NCBI GenBank assembly: GCA_951406725.2
Contig: OX597825.1
Coordinates: 53,010,001 to 53,074,000 of the forward strand
DNA length: 64,000 bases
From: Octopus vulgaris
Lineage: Eukaryota
Direction: 5' to 3'
Below, piece by piece: positions 41,588-55,165 of this stretch. Position numbers and translations under genes: made by a program. Each line of letters starts with the position of its first letter. Position 1 is the stretch's first letter. The notes under the pieces were generated by a model. It had not been told where the DNA came from. It searched no databases and saw only the letters and a list, made by a program, of their open reading frames with translations.

Positions 41588-42022
41588 TTGTACGAACTTG
41601 ACAGTCTGCTGTCCATAACAGAGCTCATCAAGGCTATTGACTCCCTAACCGGTGGCAAGAATCCGGGAAAGGACGGCATCCCCTCAAAGATCACCAAATC
41701 CGGCAAAAAAATCGCCCTGCTTCAGCACCTTTATCAGCTTCTGTGTCAGTGCAGAGAAGAGGGTACAGTCCCTCAAGACATGCGGGATGCTAACATCATT
41801 ACGCTTTACAAAAACAAAGGTGACCGTGGTGATTGCAACAATTACCGTGGACTATCTCTTCTCAGCACTGTGAGAAAGACCTTTCCCCGCGTAATCCTGT
41901 CCAGGCTACAACTGCTTGCAACTCGAATTTATCCAGAATCGAAGTGTGGCTTTAGAAGAAGCAGATCAACTATTGACATGATATTCACCATACCCCAACT
42001 TCATGAGAAGTCCAGAGAGCAG
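41588..42022 (+). pseudogene. RTE-clade (BovB-like) LINE reverse transcriptase N-terminal fragment
   Basis: GKNPGKDGIP, EEGTVPQDMRDANIITLYKNKGDRGDCNNYRGLSLLS, PESKCGFRRSRSTIDMIF..QLHEKSREQ; cut off by a (TACA)n tract and the palindrome. Confidence 0.92.
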
Positions 42023-42042
42023 ATATATACATACATACATAC

Positions 42043-42290
42043 ATATACTTTATTATTATTAAAGCTGCAAAAATATCACAATGATATCACAAAAAAGCTG
42101 CTACTCAGAGTTTCACGTCCCTGTTCGTCCCGACGAACAACGAACGGGAACGTGAAACTCTTAGTAGCAGGCTTTTATGGTATTTTTGTGATGTTTTAGC
42201 AGCTTTAATAGTAATAAAGTATATTACTTCACCTCAGGTATTCGAGTACTATTTTTTCCCACCTTGTTTCAGATTTATGTGCGTAATTAG
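42043..42290. mobile_element. Palindromic Penelope-like insertion, family B, folded at the hammerhead core
   Basis: Arms 42043-42129 / 42132-42224; right arm CCGACGA(aca acga)-ACG ggaa CGT-GAAA-CTCTTAG-TA-GCAG; ~65-nt extension on the right; homologous to 3571-3656. Confidence 0.75.
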
Positions 42291-42299
42291 ATCGGCAGC

Positions 42300-42465
42300 C
42301 ACTACACACATTTTTTCTCTTCTTGTTTCTTTCAGTGTTCCTTTCTGTGGAAGAGCGTAGGCTCGAAACGTAAAAGACTTTATCAGTTCCCGAGCGTTAT
42401 ACTAATATATTTGTTTGTTTTCTACACCACCTGTCTTCGTCTTGTGTTTTTTTCGTGAATTCGCC
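42300..42465 (+). mobile_element. Penelope-like pLTR remnant, family A
   Basis: Homologous to 2045-2210; contains the hammerhead at 42341-42376; followed by (TA)n. Confidence 0.65.
42341..42376 (+). ncRNA. Minimal hammerhead motif with A6U-variant core
   Basis: CTTT-CTGTGGA-A-GAGC gtag GCTC-GAAA-CG-TA-AAAG: stem I CTTT/AAAG, stem II GAGC/GCTC, palindromic ACGT stem III. Confidence 0.6.
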
Positions 42466-42475
42466 CCCCCCCCAA

Positions 42476-42539
<64 letters not shown>

Positions 42540-43022
42540 ATTATTATTATTATTATTATGGCTGCCCCTTCGTTATCGAGTATGGCCATTGCACGAAGCT
42601 TAACTGTTACTGGTGCTGTGATCGAATGTGACTTTTTAGCCCAGCTAAAGATCTACAATGTCTTGTACAAAATTGGCAACTAAAACATTTACTGGTAATA
42701 GCCGGCTATAGTTGTAACTGGGCTTCATGTAACTTTGCATGTCGTTTAAGTCCTCCTGCCGAATTACCCTCTCTTCCACATGCCCGACAGATATGATTAG
42801 TATATATATATATGGATCAAAAGAGTTTTATTCAAATTGAATAAAACTCTTGACTTAGTGCTCTGGCTGACGACTAGCATCTCACTTGAAATTCAATTAA
42901 CAACTCTTTTTATCAATATATCTAACTCCCAATAAGTTGGCTGAGTGCGCTTCTTTCGTTTGTCCACTCATTCGGACACGCACACACATACACACACACA
43001 TACAAATACACACACACACTCA

Positions 43023-43092
<70 letters not shown>

Positions 43093-43505
43093 CATATATG
43101 CACATACATATACATATATATTGAATCGTTGGAGTGGTGTACGTAATGACAGTGGTTTTACTGTATTTCGCATTCATGATAGTGTTTATGGTGGTGAAGG
43201 CAAACTTATATCCATATAAATTGACATGTAGTCAAATAGCTACCGATTGTGATCTACGAAAAGATAAAATTACACACTTCTATACATGTTTATATATGCA
43301 TCGTGATAATAGTTTCGCATATTTTAAATGTAATATCATCTTACCTATAACACTGTGAAACGAAAATTATTCATAATTCTTCACAGTTTACATGAGTTCC
43401 AATTCTCGTAATCTCAGAAGTCTGCATGTGTGCGAATCGCGTATATATATATCATGCATATATATATGTATGTATGTGTGTGTATACGCATGTGCGCGCA
43501 CGCAC

Positions 43506-43548
<43 letters not shown>

Positions 43549-43817
43549 TGCATATGTTATTGTCTATTGCGAGAAACAAAATAGAAGAATATGTATGCAT
43601 ACTCTGAATGTAATCTTATTTTACAACTATTAGCTGGTATCTCTGAGTGATTTTTATTATTAATGGTATATTTCACAGAAACATGAGAACTTCGTATGAG
43701 AAAAATATTTCAGGGAAATAACTATCAGCAAAATTATACATACATACATACATACATACATACATACATACATGCATACACAGACTCGCAGAAACACACA
43801 CGCACATATATCTACGC

Positions 43818-43850
<33 letters not shown>

Positions 43851-43959
43851 CGATAGAATAAGTACTAGGCTAACAAAGAATAAATCCTGGGGTAGATTTA
43901 CTTGACAAAAGGCGGTGCTCCAGCATGTCTACATTCAAATGACTGAAACAAGTAAAAGA

Positions 43960-43960
<1 letters not shown>
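43851..43960 (+). mobile_element. 3' end of CORE-type SINE
   Basis: CGATAGAATAAGTACTAGGCT..GGCGGTGCTCCAGCATG..GACTGAAACAAGTAAAAGA, reverse complement of 47345-47470. Confidence 0.7.
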
Positions 43961-44004
<44 letters not shown>

Positions 44005-44745
44005 TATATATATGCATATATCAGGTTTGTGCGAGCGAGAGGAGAAGAGAGGAAAAAGCAAGAGAGAGAAGGCTGTCGATGGTTTGTATTTCGGAGAGAT
44101 TGGAACGAATGGTGGCGCGCATAAGGCGGTAGGAAATAGTATTGAGTATGGGTAAGATGGTTGAAGCAGCGGAAAGGAAATGTGGAACGGGGCTTTTTAG
44201 GTGGTGGTGAAGGTAGATGAGAAAAGGTTTTAATAAATAGTGGGGAGAGAAAGGCAAATAAACACGTGAGGAGGAAAATCTCAGGTGTGGGGAGAAGATT
44301 ATTTAAAAGGCGTGAGGAGGAAAAAATACAAGCGGTGAGAGGAGAAGAAAAAATATAAACAAGGAGAGAAAGAAGGAAGAAGCAGAGAGGAAATGAGAGA
44401 AAAGGAAGAAGAGAAGACAAAAGTGGAAAAGAAAGGGAGGGAGAGAGAGGCAAAGTAATAATGTGCGGATGGAGAGAAAATAGAGTAAGAAGAAACGAGA
44501 ATAGGAAAAAGCAGAAAGCACAAAAAAGTTCAGAAAAGTTCAAAAGGTTCTAATATCTTGGTGTATTGGAACGATTTCTCATAAACGTGAAAACCAGGTG
44601 GGAGTCCGAAGTGAAGGGGAGTAAATAGAATAGTCCGAAGTGTAGAAGGTGTAGAAAATCAGGATGAAAGTGGTGGGACCTCGTGAGCGAGCAATATATA
44701 GTCGCAATTTACACACATATGTTTCCAATCTGTGTGTGGGGGTCA

Positions 44746-44784
<39 letters not shown>

Positions 44785-45686
44785 TATATAGTCACAGTTA
44801 TAAACACTCTAATACGCACGATTTCATCTAATACTACAAAGTTGTAACAAGTTATAATCTGTTAGGTAAATATTGTTAAACATATACGAGATGAATGTTC
44901 TTCATTGGATCTTAATGTCAGCAATGACAATTAAACAATATGATTAATGGTGAATCTGGAAATCTAAGTTGGCTTTCCTGAATCACCGAAATGTATAAGT
45001 GAGTACTTTAAAAATCGATAATCCATGAATCATAGGTTATGTATTATATTACATAAATGGTTAATAAATACGTTCCGAATCTGCTTCACTAATATGATAT
45101 AGAGCCTGCCGATAAAACAAGAAACAGCGAAAAATTTAAGAAAATTTATTGTTTCAAAATGAAGTGTAAGTGTTACATATGTTAACAGTAAAAGGGGGAC
45201 GTCACAAATGCATATTTCGAAACAGTTTTCTTGTACAATGAGAATCTCCAATGTTTCAAACAAACTTAAAAATGGCCGAAAATGATTTAAAGATATTCAA
45301 AATATTAAACGTAGAAAGAGTCAATATACTTGTAAATGCAAGATAACCTTTTCTATTCGGCAGTATTATACATCACCCATACTTCGAGTCTTCCATGATG
45401 TTTCTGTGTCTATGTGTGTATGCATGTGTTTTCGTGAGTTTGTGTGTGCGTGTATGTGACTACAACAGAAACCGTTGACAGGGGTTAAATCCTTTTATGA
45501 AACTTGCTTCCTTTATTCCATACCACATATACACAAGCCATAGCATGGCTTCTGTATATATCCCCAAGATTGTTTTGCAAAACGAAAAAAAATTGAGCTG
45601 TCCTAGAATTTCCTGTACTTCCGTGATAGAAAAAAATCACACAAACCTTTAACCACTGATCTCAACTTCATAGGATTGGCATACAC

Positions 45687-45736
<50 letters not shown>

Positions 45737-45874
45737 ACGCACACAGACACACATGCATATATCCATAAACATATGAATATACACACGGAGAGGCACACAC
45801 ACAAACACACACACATATCTGCGTGTGTATGTGCGTGTATATATACATATGTATATATATATATATATATACAG

Positions 45875-45956
<82 letters not shown>

Positions 45957-46389
45957 ATGTATGTGTATTTTTTCAATGTTTACAGATAACACGGAAAAAA
46001 TATATAAGTGAATAGGAATGAAGATTAAGGGCGTGGAAATAGATATATTTAGTGAAAGTGAAATGTAAGAGTATATCGCACTATATTTCTCCACTTTTAG
46101 TTTTCTGCTAGTTTCTTTCTTCCTCCTACTTCTACTTCTCATTCTATAAACTGGTTTGACATCATATCTATTAACGCTTCTTTTTAAAAATAACTTACCA
46201 GGGTTCCCTTCATCATATATGCAGTAACCACATTCGATTAATATGTTTTATTGGTGCGTTTTGGTTTTTATTGATGAGAAAATTGCACTGTTTTACATCA
46301 TTATATTCCTTCTGGAATAATACCAATGTTTTCTTTGAAACATATGTTGGAAGTATAAAGAATTGATTAACACTTGCGTTTAACACCAT

Positions 46390-46473
<84 letters not shown>

Positions 46474-46674
46474 ATATATATATATCTATCTCTCTCTCTA
46501 TATATATAAGTTCAAATAAAGGTTACAAACCTCATTGAGGCATTGTAAAATTCTATGAAAGTACTGGTTAGTTAGCTGTACAAAGAATGTTGAACATTAC
46601 AATTAATATTCATCTGTATGCTAACTATATACACCGTAGTTTATATATATTTATTTATTTCAATAAGATTTTAA

Positions 46675-47070
46675 TACAGAGATAAGAAATTATTATTTAT
46701 TATTTTAAAAAATGAACATCTCTTACAGCTGTTTGAATTGTAGGCCTTCATGAAGTTAATTAATAAAATAAAAAATAAAAAATAATTTGAAAGTCGAATC
46801 TCGTCAGAGGTAGTTTAAGGTATACAATATATGTGTTCAATTCCTGCATGCAGGAACTGAACACTTATTTTGTATATCTGATGAGATTCGACTTACAAAT
46901 AATTTTTAATTTTATTAATTTTCTGAAGGTCTAGAATTCAAACACCTGTAAGAGATGTTTTCAATTTTTTAATTAATAAATAATAATTTATTAATTATCT
47001 CTATAAGGCTCATTATCATCTAGGCACATCAACACGTAGGGTGCCAGAACTGGTTATACACCATAACATT
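46675..47070. mobile_element. Long palindromic Penelope-like insertion with degenerate long-stem-II hammerheads
   Basis: Arms ~46675-46848 / 46849-47005 centred on TTCCTGCATGCAGGAA; both arms carry CTGA(T/C)GA-GATTC...~55 nt...AATTC-AAA-CA(G/C)CTG-TA-AGAGATG; right-side extension. Confidence 0.65.
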
Positions 47071-47344
47071 AAGTTCAAATGAAGGTAAAGCAACCATGAG
47101 GTATAATGTTTTGGTAGTATACCGTATGTATCTGTATATGTAAGTAAGAGAACCAGTGCAAACCGTATATCCGACTCAGGTGTATGTATAAAAGGAATAT
47201 CACAAAACGGGTCTGAAATTCACTATAGCTCTTTCGTTTAAATTTTATTGATGTATTCATAGATTACATCATAACATAAATTTACCATCTTCAGGTAAAA
47301 GTTTAAACAGATAGATGTAGACAAGATAAAACCTTCTTTTATCT

Positions 47345-47583
47345 TTTATCCTTTACTTGTTTCAGACATTAAACTGCGGCCATGCTGGCGTCAATTTGAA
47401 CGATTTTGAATGGAATGAATCAACCCCAGTACTTATGCTTTTGTTAAGTCTAGTACTTACTCTATCGGACTCTTTTGCCGAATCACCATGTGATAGGCAC
47501 GTAAACACCTCAACACTGGTTGTGAAGTGGTGGTGGAGGACAAGCACAAACACAAAGGTGCGAATACACGCACTTACACACAC

Positions 47584-47630
<47 letters not shown>

Positions 47631-47812
47631 GAGAGAGAGAGAGAGAGAGATGGGGGGATGGATAGATGGATAGATGGATACGACGGTCTTCTTTCAGTTT
47701 CCGTCTACCCACTCCACTCACAAGACTTTGGTCGGCTGCAGTAACAGACCCAAGAACCCGGAACCATGTGGTTGGGTAGTGAGCTTCTTACCACATAGCC
47801 ACGCCTGCACCT
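47345..47812 (-). mobile_element. tRNA-derived CORE-type SINE with internal microsatellite
   Basis: Minus-strand head GGTGCAGGCGTGGCTATGTGGTAAGAAGCT..CATGGTTCCGGGTTC; body, then (CT)n(TA)n(TG)n tract, then a 3' module also found at 41340 and 43851. Confidence 0.75.
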
Positions 47813-48159
47813 TGAAGGTGAATTTGTCCAACAAAAAAACTGATTTCTGATATTGTTTGTTGGATAGACCATCATCAATCCAAACTTGCTTGTAAGGGGA
47901 GATGGGCAGCTTAAAAAGACACAAAATTATCATTTCTGTCTACATGGGCAGATGAATAAAAACGATTTAACGCGCATCGACAAAACCTACATATGAAATG
48001 TAGTTTCTTTATTGTTTCGGAGCTAAGAAATGATGACAATCATGTCAATATGAACAATTAGTTGCTGGTATTTGATGTGAGTGCTTTGATTTTCACATGA
48101 CATTAGGGAAACCTACATGAAGAAAAATTGATATCTAAAGATGTTCAATTTGCATGTGC

Positions 48160-48384
48160 TCACAAACAAGTCAAAAGCACATATCGAGAGCTTCTGTATC
48201 ACCAAGCTTTTGACAAAACTTGATGCAATATCAGTGCTCGATGCGTTCGGTGAAAATTTCCGGAAGGGAAATCTTACACGCACACGCATGAAGGGTGGCA
48301 TCACTTCCCACGCAAATGTTTTGTCAATGCGGACTTAAATTTGATGGAAAAAAATAAAGTCGGATAATTTTTAAGCTCACCTTG
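48160..48384 (-). mobile_element. Mariner 5' end (TIR plus decayed transposase N-terminus)
   Basis: Minus strand TA-CAAGGTGAGCTTAAAAATTATCCGAC TIR; ERIEH*YCIKFCQKLGDT (EQRxxIKFC motif). Confidence 0.75.
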
Positions 48385-48954
48385 TATATGGGTATTCGTG
48401 ATTGAATGTACGGTTGTATTCATACATTCGTAAATATAGATTAATAGATAGTTTGATATAAACATACATGTATGTGTGAGAGAGTGTGTGTATTTGAATG
48501 TGTAAATAAACTACATGCCTACACACACACATATATATAGTATATAATATATATATATGTATGTGCATGAGTCTTTTTATAGAGATGCATTTGCGTGCAT
48601 ATATATAAAACTAAATTTAAATATATACACGTATACATACATATATATGTGGTGTGTGTGTTATGTATGCCTGGGAATATGCAAACATTATCAAAAGTCC
48701 ATGAAAAGTAAACAAATAGAAAATTATAGTCTAAAATGAAGACACAAAGAAGACGCAAATGAACAGAAGAAGAGAAGATAAAAGAGGAAAAGATGTTCAA
48801 GTCATTTCTCTGACAGATGAAATTCAATCATTGAAGAATATTTTGTACAACGATAGGATGACATCATCGATCTTGGGGAATGGCATATAGGAAAATTGTA
48901 TACCGTTGGTCAAACAAGACTTACTGTGTGCATATGTATATATGTGTGTATTTA

Positions 48955-49043
<89 letters not shown>

Positions 49044-49044
49044 G

Positions 49045-49131
<87 letters not shown>

Positions 49132-49207
49132 GTGTGCGCGTGTGTGTAGTAAATATATAAAATATATATGTATGTATATCTATATAAATATATATATATA
49201 TATATAT

Positions 49208-49284
<77 letters not shown>

Positions 49285-49285
49285 G

Positions 49286-49345
<60 letters not shown>

Positions 49346-49436
49346 TCAGGGTAATAGAGATTTTAGAAATGTTTACTACCTGTGGCTTAGCGTGAAGAAA
49401 AATTAGTCAATAGACTATATATTATTCATATATATA

Positions 49437-49943
49437 CAGTGTACATTTAACCATATAAGAGGTATCCGTCGTAGGATTCCTTTCACGCTAGAAGGAACAG
49501 CTAAAGTCCAAACCACTATTAGGGATAAAAACTCGAAGGGAATGAAAAATGAAAATATTCCCATTTATCACCTGGACCATGGTATCTGACTTTTATTAGC
49601 AAATAAAATAATTTGCCAGGCGAAGTCTTCATCAACGGGTATGCCTAGATTAAACATATAAGTACGAGGCAAATCCATCATGTGCCTCTTGCATATACAT
49701 TATAAGTTTTCAAATCCACCGCACATGCGCAGTTTTTTGTCGGCAGCAAATAATACCGGCATTTCTTCGAACAATTTTCCAGAACAAAGTCAGAAACCAT
49801 GGTCCAGGAGATAGATGGTAAATGTTTTAATTTTTTGTTCCCTTCGAGCTTTTGTCGCTAATAGGGATTTGGACTTTTGATGTTCCTTCTAGCGTGAAAG
49901 AAATCCTATGACGGATACCTCTTATGTGTTTAAATGTACACTG
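49437..49943. mobile_element. Tc1/mariner-type MITE with ~160-bp terminal inverted repeats
   Basis: TA-CAGTGTACATTTAA..AAGAGGTATCCGTC..CTGGACCATGGTATCTGACTTT and inverted AAAGTCAGAAACCATGGTCCAGG..GACGGATACCTCTT..TTAAATGTACACTG; ~190-bp spacer. Confidence 0.8.
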
Positions 49944-49950
49944 GATTTAT

Positions 49951-49991
<41 letters not shown>

Positions 49992-50368
49992 AAAATAAAT
50001 AGATAGACAGACAGATAGATGGATAGATATTCATACAGACAAACGCGCATGCATGCAAGCATGTATGTTTCGTGATACAAACAGGAAAATAGCACACAAA
50101 ACATGTGTCTATATATACAATTTTATTATTAATCATCGCGTGAAGTTTTGTTTGTGTTTGTGTGTGCATGTGCGCGCACGTGCGTATGTGCGTGTTTTGG
50201 AGTGTGCTTAAGTGTTAGCGTGTTTCAGCTTGTGTTTTTGAGTCCGCGTGTGTGTACGGTTGCGGACAATAGTCATAGAACCTTTTGAAGGAAAGTGGAG
50301 AAACGAATATATAGAGGTGAAGAGAATGTGATAGCGACAGAAAAAGATAAACTGAGAAGAGAAGACAA

Positions 50369-50405
<37 letters not shown>

Positions 50406-51299
50406 AAGAGAGACAGACAGAGACAGAGATAGGGAGAGAGAGAAAGATAGATAGATTGACAGAGAGAGAGAGAGAGAGAGAGAGAGATGTTGGAGACATT
50501 AAAAGAGAAAATGACCGACAAAATGAACGAATAGAGCGAGAAAATATGTGATGTTTTGTGAGAGCCAAAGAAAAGAATGGGACAGAGATGGCAAGGAACG
50601 AGAGAGATGGGGAGAGGGTAAGGGAGAGATGGAGCGAGGGAGAAAGAAAAGAGAGTGTTATGTATGTGACAAAAGAGGGGATGCAGAGAGGGGATAAAAG
50701 TAATATGTGTAGGGAACAGAATGGCTACATATTATAAAAGAAAATGAAGAGAAACAAAGAGAATAAGAAATTTATTGTAGATATGCATGTTGAAGAATAC
50801 TTCAAATCCAAAATAATGGTTTGGTTGAAAATCCTATTGTCCACATTTCCTTAACTTCCGTTTTATCTCAAAATTAACCGTAGCTACTATGGCTGATAAG
50901 TTTCTTCTTTATCGATGTTTTTCTACGGTTAACACCATTTTTTTCTACACGAATAGTTCGAGCATTTATTTAAGCTTGTATTTTAGGGCTGTATGTATAG
51001 GTGGAGATGGTGGGGCATGTAAGTGGCTAAGATTCAGATATTCTTCATATCTTGCTGATATTCATAAAAAATCTCAGTTTTAAAAAATAATTTACTAGTA
51101 GGGAAAGTATGGTGGATGGTGTCTTATCAGCCATCAGCCTTGTGCCCACGCTGTATGTAAAGGTCAGCTTGCCAAAACTTTAGAGTTCCCTTAGTATTTT
51201 GCTGCATGCATATATAATACAATAAATCTGATTCTTTTTTCGAGTTCATTCTCTGATGTCTGTCCATAAACCTTTGTGACAGCCTGTTGCGAAGTTACC

Positions 51300-51920
51300 C
51301 CCCACACTTCCTGACGGGATGATCTAGAACACAGACATGCGCACTGCATGTCCAGAATATAACTTCGAGTTCTTGATTCTCGGGAAACGGTGTCTCTGGA
51401 CTTCCAAATTTTCTAGTACAGCGGCGTTGTTAACCTTCTCTTTCCAGCTTATTCTACTCAATCTGTGAAACATCCACATCTAAAAGACATCTATTTTCTT
51501 ATCCACTGCTCCGTATATTGCCCAGGTTTTTGCCTTTTAGAGGACACTTGGTATAATGTAACAGTTTACTAGCCCGAATTTTAGGTGTAGTATTATGTCT
51601 TTTGTGATGAAGAATTTTTTTCATTCTTACAAATATAGTTGAACCTAATATATTCTTTCAGTAACTTCCACACAACGATCATCCGGTTTTATTATTTGTA
51701 CTAAATTTTTGAAGTTTTATTTACTTGCTCACGCTTCTGTTTATCTACCTTTATATTGGTTTCTTTATGTTCTGTCTTACTTAATAACTATTGTCTTTAT
51801 CTTTATTAAATTCGTATTTAGGCCTTTATTGTCACTTTGCTCTTTAACATCAACAATTTCTAGTAATTTCACATTTTTGTCTTCCAATAATGCTATATCA
51901 TCAGAATATTTTAGAAATTT
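51300..51920 (-). pseudogene. Decayed RTE-clade LINE RT C-terminal region
   Basis: Minus strand LKYSDDIALLED (YADD motif) and KTWAIYGAVDKKIDVF*MWMFHRLSRISWKEKVNNAAVL..YSGHAVR. Confidence 0.7.
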
Positions 51921-52126
51921 TGTGTTCATATAACACAGTCGATAAGTCTTTTACATTGTGTATATGGCAAGCTTCTCTTAGTTATGGCACTGTGGATTAG
52001 AGTGTTATAGTGTGAGTCCATAGCTCAATGTATATAACACTAGGTTATCCCAGAGTTCCATGATAAATGTTTTGTCTACTTATGTCTTTTATAAAGAAAT
52101 CTATCTGTCTTTGCGTCTATTTGACC

Positions 52127-52159
<33 letters not shown>

Positions 52160-52677
52160 CTATTTATCTATCTATCTACCTATAATGTCTCTCACTGTGC
52201 ACATACACTCACATACACCTACACACACACATAAATAAATATACTCAAATATTTACATCTATGACTCCCTCTAACCCATTCTGTGTCTCCACTTGATTGA
52301 TTATTTAGCTTCAGTATGCTTACATAATAAGTCACAGTGCTCTTTCGTATATAATGCTGCACATATATAGGATTAGCAACAATAAGAACAACAGCAGCAA
52401 TAAAGACAACATAGATTATGAAAGAAATGAAACAAAACAAAACCAGAACAAAAACAACGCATAGGATAAGGTTTATAAAGCGTTCCATTGTAGGGGAGGA
52501 CATAATTTCACACTCAATTATGTAACCGCATTATTTTTATGTTCTTCATTTAAAACACTACACACTGACTCACCACATATATAGTAATTCATATGGGTAT
52601 ACGTAAATATATATGTGGATATATATGTATATATATGTATGTATATATATGTATATATACATAGATATATATATATG

Positions 52678-52725
<48 letters not shown>

Positions 52726-53240
52726 TATATATATGTATATATACATACATATGTACATATGCATGTATGTATACATATGTACATATTCATATATGAATAT
52801 GTAAATATATATATATATATATATATACATACACACATATAGACATATAAATAGATTGATAGATATTTACATAGATATAAGTATGTATACATGAATAAAC
52901 ATGTATTCACAGAAGTCTTGGCCGCGTATTTATCTTTCTCCCAAGCTTTTTCACCATTATAATTTCTCCTAGTTTCAATCCTCCCTCTATCTCTACACTT
53001 TTTTCTCCCTCATGACATACTCACAAACGCACGTACACACGCATACTTAGAAGAATGAAACATATATATGAGCATATACATACAGGCAGCATACGTACCT
53101 ACATATCTATAAGTATACTCACAAAAATATATTTGTACATATATATGTATATAAACATACACACACACATACACACACACATATATATATGTAACATGCA
53201 CACATATTTATTCACATATGTTTGCAGATATATAGAATAT

Positions 53241-53283
<43 letters not shown>

Positions 53284-53831
53284 TGAACACATAAATAAAT
53301 GTATAAATATGCATACATGTTCATAAAGATGCATATACAAACAACTAGGTGCATATATAAGGCACACACAGAAAAGCATTCAAACTTACATAAATACAGA
53401 CATGCATATATAGATATATAGATACATACATACATATAAATATACATACATATTGACAGACATACATAAGTATACATACACATGCACCGAAATTATATGA
53501 AATATGACGCATAAAAAAGCAATTATGAATATCCCCAAAATAGGTAATAATGCATCATTTATTGTTATGACAATTACCACTCCCACCACATTCAATACCA
53601 ACTACATCATTTTTGACGTAGTGGTGGTTTGTATCATCATCCTCATCATCATCATCATCACCGCCACCACTACTACAACTCACTCGCTCTCTCTCTCTCT
53701 ATATATATATAGAGAGAGAAAGATAGAGAGTGTGTGAGAGAGAGATGCATATATATATATATATGTGTGTGTGTGCGTGTGCGTGTGCCATATATAATAC
53801 ATAATTATATATATGTATATATATATGTATA

Positions 53832-53881
<50 letters not shown>

Positions 53882-53893
53882 AAGATACATATA

Positions 53894-53981
<88 letters not shown>

Positions 53982-53984
53982 CGT

Positions 53985-54210
53985 GGAGGCGCACTGGCCC
54001 AGTGGTTAATGCAGCGGACTCGCGGTTGTAGGATCTCGATTTCGATTCCCAGACCGGGCGTTGTGAGTGTTTATTGAGCGAAAACACCTAAAACTCCACG
54101 AGGCACCGGCAGGGGCTGGTGGCGTCATTTGAAGGCTAAAACAATTCGAAGCGCATTGTGACCAGCGATGTGTAGCAACATCTGATAGCTTGGTCGGTTA
54201 CGGTGATTTC
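53985..54210 (+). mobile_element. tRNA-derived SINE (tRNA-Arg-like head, octopus OR-type by recognition)
   Basis: Box A TGGCCCAGTGG, GGACTCGCGG loop, box B GATTTCGATTCCC, then TGTGAGTGTTTATTGAGCGAAAACACCTAA; inserted in (TA)n. Confidence 0.75.
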
Positions 54211-54245
54211 ACGCTGATATATATACATACATATATATGTATGTG

Positions 54246-54310
<65 letters not shown>

Positions 54311-54789
54311 TCGAGTTGTATATCCGTGGTTGTGCCTTGTCACCAGTGGAAAAGTTACCATTCTTTTCCCCTCTACTATTGCACTTGGCAATTTAGACGG
54401 CACATCAAATATTCTATTCTGAAGCATTTAGCCTCTTTTATTTATAATGGAGGTGAATTTACGGTCTTGGTCAGTTTTCAGGTGCCAAGAAAAAAAATGT
54501 AATTATAATAATGAAGCCAAAAGAAAATTATGGGAAAGGAAAATGTTACTTCCTGTTGAACGATTGCAGGTGTGTCTGAAATCTATCAGGTTGTGTAGAT
54601 TTTCCCATTCGCTTACCTGGCTTTAAAAGGACCCTTGCTTGCTACAGTATTTTTCCGTGTGTGCTTACCCATTTGTTGCTGTAGCTGCTACTGTTAGACC
54701 CTACTTTTGCTATGTAGATCACGACCTCTGTCTTGCATTAACCATTTACTGGACACCCACTACTGGAACATAACCTTAAAAATGGATCG

Positions 54790-55040
54790 CTAGTATAGTT
54801 TACATCGAAATGGTTGCCAAGAAATTGAAACCGGTAATTTGTACTAGTGTCCGAGTTGTATTGTTATTCGTCTGTTATTGATGCACGACTATGCATGCCC
54901 ACATACAGCCGCCCAGACCGTTCAAGCCAGTGAAAAATTGATTTCCGAGTTGTGGGAACACTCCACTCCACCTTGCACTGTCCAGATCTCACCCATTCTT
55001 ATTATCACTTCTTTGGGGTCATTCAAACACCCTTTACGTG
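54790..55040 (+). pseudogene. Decayed mariner catalytic-domain fragment
   Basis: LLMHDYACPHTAAQT (HDNARPH) and LHCPDLTHSYYHFFG (YSPDLAPSDYHLFG). Confidence 0.7.
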
Positions 55041-55064
55041 GTCGCAGATAATTTCTCTCTTACC

Positions 55065-55111
<47 letters not shown>

Positions 55112-55116
55112 GTATG

Positions 55117-55165
<49 letters not shown>

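Noticed and set aside
43935-44543. 202-aa hydrophobic ORF (also 60379..61047)
   Set aside because: Arises from purine/pyrimidine-skewed GA-rich low-complexity sequence.
47812-48110. Minus-strand WIDDGL resembling a PLE RT catalytic motif
   Set aside because: No flanking RT motifs; could be chance.
53985-54060. tRNA gene
   Set aside because: Acceptor and anticodon stems do not close properly, and it continues into a SINE body, so it is called as a SINE head.
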